From Minisyncoccota bacterium (GTDB taxonomy: Bacteria > Patescibacteriota > Minisyncoccia > Phycocordibacterales > UBA9973): DNA of 64,000 nt. The translations under genes were made by a program, and so were the position numbers. The DNA lies in NCBI GenBank assembly GCA_041657885.1, contig JBBABB010000002.1, forward strand, positions 121,095 to 185,094. The letters are read 5' to 3'. Below, piece after piece: positions 38,560-45,840 of this stretch; within the stretch, counting starts at the first letter, position 1; every line of letters starts with the position of its first letter. The notes below the pieces were generated by a model. The model worked only from the letters and a program-made list of their open reading frames with translations, had not been told where the DNA came from and searched no databases.

Positions 38560-38722
38560 GTTTGGAAGTGAGGTTTAATTCCTCCACTGTGCCGCAACGG
38601 TAAAGTCCAACGCTAAGTGCGTTTAGGAACAAGTCCGATCTTAATATAATAGCGTTTGTCCCGAGCAGGAGAATACTTACTTTGTATTTTAAAAAACTTC
38701 TGCATGTGTAGGAGTTTTTTTT
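38560..38722 (+). promoter_or_regulatory. Candidate cobalamin riboswitch (aptamer plus terminator/SD-sequestering hairpin) upstream of the DUF4430 gene
   Basis: UGGAAGUGAGGUUUAAUUCC...CACUGUGCC GCAA CGG UAAAGUCC resembles cobalamin-riboswitch core elements (GGGAA..GGUG.AA.UCC...CACUG.CC..GG.GGGAAGUC in E. coli btuB); terminator cttctgc atgt gtaggag + T8 at 38697-38722 contains the AGGAG SD. Confidence 0.4.
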
Positions 38723-38733
38723 GATTTATATTT

Positions 38734-39171
38734 ATGAAAAATAATAAAAAAATTTCCATAGCATTTATAATATTTTCTATTTTATTTATAGGTTTTTTCT
38801 ATTATTTTAATTTTCAGATAGGGGTTAAACTCCTATCTGAGGTACAGAAAGGGCCTAAGGCCCTATCTGTGAAGAATGTAGAAGTTTCTTTAAATGTTTT
38901 AGATAAAAAATACGAAGTAGAAATAAGAGAGGACTCATCTGTTTTTGAAGTTATGCAGAAAATACAAGAAGAAAGTATGGGGAATAATTTATTTAGTTTT
39001 AAATACAGAGAACATCCGGGGTTAGGAATTTTTATAAATGAGATAAATGGTAAAAAAGGAGGAGAAGGTGGGTATTGGATTTATTATGTAAATGGGGAAG
39101 AAGCTAACATCGGAGTTTCTAATTATAAAATTAATAATGGAGATATAATCTCTTGGAAATATGAAAAATAA
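38734..39171 (+). CDS. DUF4430-like secreted protein (transcobalamin/intrinsic-factor beta-domain-like, putative B12 binding)
   Basis: N-terminal signal anchor; ~100-aa domain with the GGYWIYYVNGE...NNGDIISWKY C-terminal block characteristic of DUF4430. Confidence 0.45.
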   Translation: MKNNKKISIAFIIFSILFIGFFYYFNFQIGVKLLSEVQKGPKALSVKNVEVSLNVLDKKYEVEIREDSSVFEVMQKIQEESMGNNLFSFKYREHPGLGIFINEINGKKGGEGGYWIYYVNGEEANIGVSNYKINNGDIISWKYEK

Positions 39172-40984
39172 AATTATTTTTGCAATAATGTTTATTGCAT
39201 TCGCATTGTCTTTTGTTTTACCTGTTTTCGCTGATACAAAAATTAATTTACAAATAAAAACAAATACTCAAACAATTTATGATAGTGAAATAACTGTAAC
39301 CCCTTGCGATAGTGAAAGTGATGGAATATTAAAAGAGACTCCATATTGTGCACTTGCACAGTCTGGTACACCGAGTGATTGGACGGGCTTATGGGTGAAC
39401 TCTATAAATAATATAATCAATAATGATAATGGTAACGGCGCATATTGGATGTGGCTTGCAAATTTAAACATTGATACTAGCCCAACTTCTCCATATTCTC
39501 TCTCCTCTAAGCAATATATTTTACAAGGTAATGATAATATACTCTTTTACTATAATACAAACCCTCTTGATATATCTGTTGATAATGAAAATCCAAAAGT
39601 TGGGGAGAGTATAAAAATAACTGGGAAAGAATTAGGTCTGGATTCATCATGGAATCCTTTATGGAATAAAGCTATTGGTGGGAAAGTAGTAATTAATGGA
39701 GAAGAACACGAATTAAATGAAAATGGTGAATTTCTGTTTGAAATAATAAATGAAGATAGTCTTTTAATAAAAATAAAAAAAGAGAATTTTATTGATTCAA
39801 GAGAAGTAACAATAACACCGGAGAAAATTAGAAGGAGCAGTGGAAGCAGAGCAGGATCTTATATCAACACAAGTGTAATAGAAAAATCGTTTTCTGTAGC
39901 TAATGCGATTTTATTTTTATCTCAAAATCAACAAAATGATAGGTCATATGGTTTACCCATGTACACTGACTGGGTAGCGATAGCGGTATCAGCAGGAGAT
40001 AATTCTAATCTGAAATTAAGTATAACAAATTATTTAAAATCAAATTCTATAAATTCATCTATTCTTACAGATAATGAAAGGCGTGCTATGTCCTTAATGG
40101 CTCTTGGAATTAATCCATACATAGGAACTGATGTAAATTATATTAAGAAAATTACTGATAATTTTGATGGAATACAATTCGGAGATAATTCACTTATAAA
40201 TGATGACATCTTTGCTTTGATTGTTCTTAAAAATGCAGGCTATACTATAAATGATGAAATAATTATAAAAGATATAAATTATATAATTTCAAAACAATTT
40301 TTAGATGGTTCGTGGGGAAATGTTGATATGACTTCTGCTGGTATTCAAGCGTTAAGAAGTTTTGAAAATATTGTTTTAGTACCAGAATCTATTTCAAAAG
40401 CAGAAAATTATTTGATTTCAAGTCAAGAACCTGACGGGGGATTTGGTAATTCATTTTCAACTTCTTGGGCATTACAGTCATTACAAAATAATGACCAGAT
40501 TTTAAAAGCTCTGAAATATTTAACTTCAAAGCAAGAAGTAGATGGAGGAATGGAAAGCATTGATGTAGACATAAATACTCGTATTTGGGTGACTGCTTAT
40601 GTAATACCTGCCATGCTTCATAAACCTTGGAATGAAATTTTAAATAATTTTCCTAAAGAAATAGTATTAGATGATTCTGTTCCGACAAAAATAGAAGATA
40701 AAAAAATTATTGAGGTTCCCAAAATAAAAAATATAAGGAAGTCCAACTTCCTTAAAATCTCTGGAAGCCTGCCCGACGACGGCAAGGCGGGTTCGACTTC
40801 CAGAAATTCTGAATCTTTATCAAAAAATTTAGAAGAAAAGGACATTTCAGTTAATCCATTATCAGTAAGTGCTATTGGATCTAATCAAAATAATAATAGT
40901 GGCACATTTTTCCCTGTAATTTATAGAATTTTACAAAAAATAAGAATTCCATTTGTGTGGCTTTGGGTTCACCTTGGTTTTTGA
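39161..40984 (+). CDS. Secreted alpha/alpha-toroid (prenyltransferase/terpene-cyclase-like repeat) protein with C-terminal hydrophobic anchor
   Basis: Signal peptide; four repeats of the QxxDGGWG type (LSQNQQNDRSYGL, QFLDGSWGN, SQEPDGGFGN, SKQEVDGGME) typical of the alpha6/alpha6 barrel fold shared with the transcobalamin alpha-domain. Confidence 0.45.
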   Translation: MKNKIIFAIMFIAFALSFVLPVFADTKINLQIKTNTQTIYDSEITVTPCDSESDGILKETPYCALAQSGTPSDWTGLWVNSINNIINNDNGNGAYWMWLANLNIDTSPTSPYSLSSKQYILQGNDNILFYYNTNPLDISVDNENPKVGESIKITGKELGLDSSWNPLWNKAIGGKVVINGEEHELNENGEFLFEIINEDSLLIKIKKENFIDSREVTITPEKIRRSSGSRAGSYINTSVIEKSFSVANAILFLSQNQQNDRSYGLPMYTDWVAIAVSAGDNSNLKLSITNYLKSNSINSSILTDNERRAMSLMALGINPYIGTDVNYIKKITDNFDGIQFGDNSLINDDIFALIVLKNAGYTINDEIIIKDINYIISKQFLDGSWGNVDMTSAGIQALRSFENIVLVPESISKAENYLISSQEPDGGFGNSFSTSWALQSLQNNDQILKALKYLTSKQEVDGGMESIDVDINTRIWVTAYVIPAMLHKPWNEILNNFPKEIVLDDSVPTKIEDKKIIEVPKIKNIRKSNFLKISGSLPDDGKAGSTSRNSESLSKNLEEKDISVNPLSVSAIGSNQNNNSGTFFPVIYRILQKIRIPFVWLWVHLGF

Positions 40985-41027
40985 TATATGGATTACCATA
41001 TAACAACAGCACTCAGACACCAAACAA

Positions 41028-41453
41028 ATGAATACAATTCATTTGCTTGAGCCCCTCGTTTGTTGTTATAATACCGCCATGCAAACAAAATTCATTGTAT
41101 TTATAGTATTGGTAGTTTTTCTTGTTGGAGGTTTTGGTATTTATATGGGTTTAAAACCAGAAACACCTAGTAAATTAGATGGTTTTGCTCAATGTTTGAA
41201 ATCTTCTGGAGCAGAGTTTTATGGTGCATTTTGGTGTATTCATTGTCAAGAACAGAAAGCAGAATTTGGTACATCTTCAAAATATCTTCCCTACGTTGAA
41301 TGTGCTAATCCAGACAATACTCAAAAACAGATTTGTATTGATAAAAAAATTGAAGGTTATCCAACTTGGATTTTTGCTGATGGGACAAGACTTTCAGGAA
41401 AATTATCTTTTGAAACTTTAGCTGAAAAAACACAGTGCATTCTGCCTCAATAA
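41028..41453 (+). CDS. Membrane-anchored thioredoxin-like protein (CxxC); true start probably Met at 41078
   Basis: TM helix then FWCIHCQEQKAEFG CxxC active site. Confidence 0.5.
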   Translation: MNTIHLLEPLVCCYNTAMQTKFIVFIVLVVFLVGGFGIYMGLKPETPSKLDGFAQCLKSSGAEFYGAFWCIHCQEQKAEFGTSSKYLPYVECANPDNTQKQICIDKKIEGYPTWIFADGTRLSGKLSFETLAEKTQCILPQ

Positions 41454-41477
41454 ATTACTATTCGGGGATTATTATCC

Positions 41478-41490
41478 AGGACCGTCCTGT
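41478..41490. repeat. Third copy of the AGGACCGTCCT palindrome
   Basis: ccaggaccgtcctg after the thioredoxin gene stop; same core as 15266-15307. Confidence 0.4.
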
Positions 41491-41499
41491 GTAGTATGT

Positions 41500-41528
41500 T
41501 TGCTTGAGTGGTGATATTGTGGTATAAT
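41500..41528 (+). promoter_or_regulatory. Sigma70-type promoter for paralog 3 (near-leaderless transcript)
   Basis: ttgctt, 17 nt, tataat; the -10 ends 8 nt before ATG 41537. Confidence 0.4.
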
Positions 41529-41536
41529 ATAAATAT

Positions 41537-43252
41537 ATGAAGAATGAAATTAAAAGCTGTCAAAACTGCAAGCTTCAATTTACAATTGAGTCCGATGATT
41601 TTTCATTTTACGAAAAAATTAAAGTTCCTCCACCAACTTTTTGTTCTGAGTGCAGGATGAAAGCACGTTATGCTTTTCGTAGTCAGACATCTCTATATAG
41701 AAGAATTTGTGACCTTTGTAAAGTAAGTATTATATCTATGTATGATTCAGATAAACCATTTCCAGTATATTGTCGAGATTGCTTTTATGGAGATAAATGG
41801 GATGCCACTTCATATGAACAGGATTATGATTTTGATAAATCATTTTTTGAGCAATTTAAAGAGTTAATGAATAAAACTCCACGAATTGCACTCATAGGGA
41901 CTAATAAGATAAATAGTGATTATACGACGCATTGCAGTGATATTAAAAATTGTTATTTATGTTTTAGTATTGGTCATTCCGAAGATTGTTTTTATCTAGG
42001 TCCTCAGTGTGTTAATGATAAGAATTGTTCTTCTTGCTCGATAACAAGATTTTCTGAATGGTCTTATATGCTTGTTGATTGTGAACAATGTTATAAAGTG
42101 AGTTTTTCTCAAATTTCTGTTAACTGTATTGAATCAATGTTTTTGTATGATTGTAGAAATTGTCAAAATTGTTTGGGTTGTACTAACTTAAGAAATAAGA
42201 ATTATTTTATTCTTAATCAACAATACACTAAGGAAGAATATTTAGTTAAGAAAAAAGAGTTAGCCCTTAATACATTTGATGGTTTTGAAAAATTCAAAAA
42301 AGAGTTTGAAAATTTAAAGAAAATATCCCTTCATAAATATTCTAGTGTAACTAATTCAAAAGATTGTACTGGTGATAACATTATTAATTCTCGAAACTGC
42401 AAAAATTGTTTCGTTATTTATGATTCAGAGAATACAAAATACAGTTATATCTGCAATAAAGCAAAAGAATGTATGGATGTTACTCATGTTTATCCATCTT
42501 CCGAATTTTCTTATTATTCCATTGCTCCTATTTATTCAAGTAAAATATACTTTTCTTCATTTATACAGTCGAATAGTTATGATATGTGGTATTCTGATAA
42601 TTGTTATACTTCTCATGATTGTTTTGGTTCAATATCTTTAAAAAATAAAAGTTATTGTATTTTAAATAAGCAATATACAGAAGAAGAATATTTTAAATTA
42701 AAGGAAAAGATAATTTTTCAGATGAGTTCTGTGCCATATTTAGGTAAGAATAATAGAGTTTATAATTTTGGTGATTTTTTCCCGTTTGAAATAAGTCCTT
42801 TTGATTATAATGAAAGTGTTCTTCAGGAATATTTTCCATTAACGAAAGAAGAAATTTTAAAAAGTGGATATTCTTGGCATGATCCTATTAATAAATCTTA
42901 CGAAATATCTATAAAAGCAGAAGATTTATCTTTACGTATTCAAGAAATTGGAGATGATATAATAAAAGAAACAATAGAGTGCGAACATAAAGGAAATTGT
43001 GCACATAATTGTAGTACAGCTTTTCGTATTTTACCAGATGAAATGCAAATTTATAAAACACTTGAAGTTCCTATCCCCAAATTATGTCAAAATTGTCGTT
43101 ATGCGGAAAGAATTTCATTAAGAAATCCAATGAAACTCTGGCATCGGTCTTGTATGAAAGAAGGGTGTATTAATGAATTTGAGACCTCTTATGCGCCAGG
43201 AAGGCCTGAAATTGTTTATTGTGAGAATTGTTATAATAAAGAAATATATTGA
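41537..43252 (+). CDS. Cysteine-rich paralog 3 of 5
   Basis: N-terminus CQNCKLQFTIESDDFSFYEKIKVPPPTFCSECR, C-terminus ...SYAPGRPEIVYCENCYNKEIY; same internal blocks. Confidence 0.75.
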   Translation: MKNEIKSCQNCKLQFTIESDDFSFYEKIKVPPPTFCSECRMKARYAFRSQTSLYRRICDLCKVSIISMYDSDKPFPVYCRDCFYGDKWDATSYEQDYDFDKSFFEQFKELMNKTPRIALIGTNKINSDYTTHCSDIKNCYLCFSIGHSEDCFYLGPQCVNDKNCSSCSITRFSEWSYMLVDCEQCYKVSFSQISVNCIESMFLYDCRNCQNCLGCTNLRNKNYFILNQQYTKEEYLVKKKELALNTFDGFEKFKKEFENLKKISLHKYSSVTNSKDCTGDNIINSRNCKNCFVIYDSENTKYSYICNKAKECMDVTHVYPSSEFSYYSIAPIYSSKIYFSSFIQSNSYDMWYSDNCYTSHDCFGSISLKNKSYCILNKQYTEEEYFKLKEKIIFQMSSVPYLGKNNRVYNFGDFFPFEISPFDYNESVLQEYFPLTKEEILKSGYSWHDPINKSYEISIKAEDLSLRIQEIGDDIIKETIECEHKGNCAHNCSTAFRILPDEMQIYKTLEVPIPKLCQNCRYAERISLRNPMKLWHRSCMKEGCINEFETSYAPGRPEIVYCENCYNKEIY

Positions 43253-43415
43253 ATTAGTAATTACTAATTATAATTGTTCTTTAATAGGTTTAAATTATAA
43301 GTACTACCTAGTCGAGGTAGTATCAATTTATTAGTAAATTTTAGCTACCTACGCCACCTCCTCAGTACAAGACTACGGCGAGTCAAGGTGTGCTACGGCG
43401 AGCCGAAGAAATTAT

Positions 43416-43841
43416 ATGCTTTACGAAACAGTACAAAAAGAGGATAAAGAGATTGTTTTTGTTTATACAACATGTGGAAGTATAGAAGAAGCAAGGTCAA
43501 TAGGTCTTTCTGCCATAAAAGAAAGATTGGCCATTTCTGCGGATTATTGGCTTATCAATTCAATATATCCATGGAAAGGTGTTATCCAAGAGATAGGTCA
43601 GTGTATGCTTATGTTTGCAACGCAGAAAACCTTAAGTGACAAGTTAATCAAACATATAGAAGCAGAGCATTCATACAGTGTTCCAATTATTATAAGGAGT
43701 GAGACATCTTTGACAAATCAGGAGTATGCTTTTTGGGTAGATAATACACTAACAGGCAAAGAGGAATATATCACCGAAGCCGAAGAACAACTTAAAAAGA
43801 AAAATGAGGAAGTAGGGTATCATTATGATAGACTTAAGTAA
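43416..43841 (+). CDS. cutA: Divalent-cation tolerance protein CutA-like
   Basis: VFVYTTCGSIEEARSIGLSAIKERLAISADYW...PWKGVIQE...HSYSVPIII pattern of the CutA1 family. Confidence 0.65.
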   Translation: MLYETVQKEDKEIVFVYTTCGSIEEARSIGLSAIKERLAISADYWLINSIYPWKGVIQEIGQCMLMFATQKTLSDKLIKHIEAEHSYSVPIIIRSETSLTNQEYAFWVDNTLTGKEEYITEAEEQLKKKNEEVGYHYDRLK

Positions 43842-43882
43842 TAGTAAGAGAGAATTAAGAATTAAGAATTAAGAATTGAGAA
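43842..43882. repeat. AT-rich heptamer tandem repeat (gaattaa/gaattga, about 5 units) upstream of paralog 4
   Basis: agagaattaagaattaagaattaagaattgagaattgg; related aattaagaatta strings at 37990 and 63130. Confidence 0.6.
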
Positions 43883-45604
43883 TTGGAATACCAATCAACA
43901 ATAAAACAGTGTCAAAATTGCAAGAATGACTTCACCATTGAGTCCGATGATTTTTCATTTTATGAAAAAATAAAGGTTCCTGCCCCAACTTTTTGTCCGG
44001 AGTGCCGTATGATAAGAAGAATGACTTGGAGGAATGAAAGGTCTTTTTTTAAAAGGGATTGTGATTTTACTGGTAAACCGATAATCACAATGTTCCATCC
44101 TGAAGCTAATGTAAAAATATATGATCATGATGTTTGGTGGAGTGATAAATGGGAACCAACTGATTACGGCATGGATTATGATTTTTCTCGACCGTTCTTT
44201 AAGCAATATCAAGAACTTTTGTCTAAAGTTCCGCTTCAAAACTTAGGAAATAATCGTTGCATTAATTCCCCATATTGTAACCATTGTGCTGACTGTAAAA
44301 ATTGTTATTTAGTTTATGCTTCTTATCTGGCTGAAGATATTTTATATTCTCAAGGGGCTGGTTCTTTAAAAAGTTGTATTGACACTTATTCAATTATGAA
44401 ATCGGAGCAATGTTATGAAGACGTTCTTTGTGATTCTCTATATCAGGTCAATTTTTCTTTTGGCTCTGATCAATCAATTAATTCTTCTTTTTTGAAAGAA
44501 TGTATAAATTGTCAAGAATGTATCTGTTGTATAAATCTTCGTAATAAAAAATATTGTATTTTTAATAAGCAATATACCAAAGAAGAATATTTAAAAATTA
44601 AAGAAAGTTTAGATTTTGGAAGTTATAAAGTATTGTCTGAATTTAAAAAACAATATAAAGAATTCATTCTTAAATTTCCTTGCAAATATGCTGGAATATT
44701 AAAATCTCCTGATTCATCTGGGGATTGTATTTTAAATTCAAAAAATGTAAAACAGTCTTTTGATATTTACGGCGATATTGAAGATTCAAAATATGTAGCT
44801 CATGGTTTAGGGGCTAAAGACAGTTATGATGTTTATGGTTTTGGAGCTGGAGCTTTTCTTTTGTATGAGGGAGTAGATATTGGTATTAGGGGATCCAATA
44901 ATTATTTTTGCGTTCTTAATCATGGAAGCATTAATACTCAATATACTTATATGTGCTATAATGCCAAAAATCTTTTTGGTTGTATTGGTATAAGAAAAGG
45001 AGAATATTGTATTTTAAATAAAAAATATTCTAAAGAAAAATATGAAGAATTGGTTCCTAAAATAATAGAACATATGAACAATATGCCTTACATAGATAAT
45101 AAGGGTAGAATCTATAAATATGGAGAATTTTTTCCATCAGAATTAAGTCCATTTGCTTACAACGAAACCATAGCACAAGAATATTTTCCTAAAACAAAAA
45201 ACGAAATAGAAAACGATGGATATTTGTACAGAAAATCTCCCAAAAGGGAATATAAAACGACTATAAATTCTAAAGATTTACTAGATAATATAAATGAAGT
45301 AAATGATAATATCATAGATGAAATTATCGCTTGCCCAAATAATGGCAATGAATTAACCTTATGTACACAAGCATATCGCATAGTTAAAGATGAATTAACT
45401 TTTTTAAGAAGATATAATATCGCCTTACCGCGTTACTGTCCTAATTGCAGACACTATGAACGCCTATCTCAAAGAAATCCTATGAAATTATGGCACCGAA
45501 AATGCATGAAGGAAGGATGTAATAATGAATTTGAGACAAGTTATGCCCCAGAAAGGCCCGAGATTATTTATTGTGAGAAGTGCTATCAGAAGGAAGTGTA
45601 TTAA
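43883..45604 (+). CDS. Cysteine-rich paralog 4 of 5
   Basis: N-terminus CQNCKNDFTIESDDFSFYEKIKVPAPTFCPECR, C-terminus ...SYAPERPEIIYCEKCYQKEVY; a block near residues 388-440 is almost identical in protein to paralog 2. Confidence 0.75.
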   Translation: MEYQSTIKQCQNCKNDFTIESDDFSFYEKIKVPAPTFCPECRMIRRMTWRNERSFFKRDCDFTGKPIITMFHPEANVKIYDHDVWWSDKWEPTDYGMDYDFSRPFFKQYQELLSKVPLQNLGNNRCINSPYCNHCADCKNCYLVYASYLAEDILYSQGAGSLKSCIDTYSIMKSEQCYEDVLCDSLYQVNFSFGSDQSINSSFLKECINCQECICCINLRNKKYCIFNKQYTKEEYLKIKESLDFGSYKVLSEFKKQYKEFILKFPCKYAGILKSPDSSGDCILNSKNVKQSFDIYGDIEDSKYVAHGLGAKDSYDVYGFGAGAFLLYEGVDIGIRGSNNYFCVLNHGSINTQYTYMCYNAKNLFGCIGIRKGEYCILNKKYSKEKYEELVPKIIEHMNNMPYIDNKGRIYKYGEFFPSELSPFAYNETIAQEYFPKTKNEIENDGYLYRKSPKREYKTTINSKDLLDNINEVNDNIIDEIIACPNNGNELTLCTQAYRIVKDELTFLRRYNIALPRYCPNCRHYERLSQRNPMKLWHRKCMKEGCNNEFETSYAPERPEIIYCEKCYQKEVY

Positions 45605-45792
45605 AATTCTCCTCTTGAGGTGAAGTTGGGTTGGGACCCAACTGTAAAACCTTTTGAGATATCTTTGTAATCAAAGTATCCAAAAGGTGTACTGCTCCTG
45701 TAAGGAGTACCTGTTAATGCAGGGGAGGTGGATATATTTAACTTATCCACCCCGTCCTTTGGGTACAAAGTCCACCCCTCAAGAGGGGAATA
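45605..45792 (+). ncRNA. Conserved ~190-nt structured element, copy B, directly after the paralog 4 stop
   Basis: First 108 nt identical to copy A; remaining differences keep base-pairing (cccgc/gcggg to cctgt/gcagg; shortened ggtggat..atccacc hairpin). Confidence 0.5.
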
Positions 45793-45840
45793 AAACACAG
45801 ATTCTTATTCTTTTTTGTTTTTATTTGGTATAATATAACT

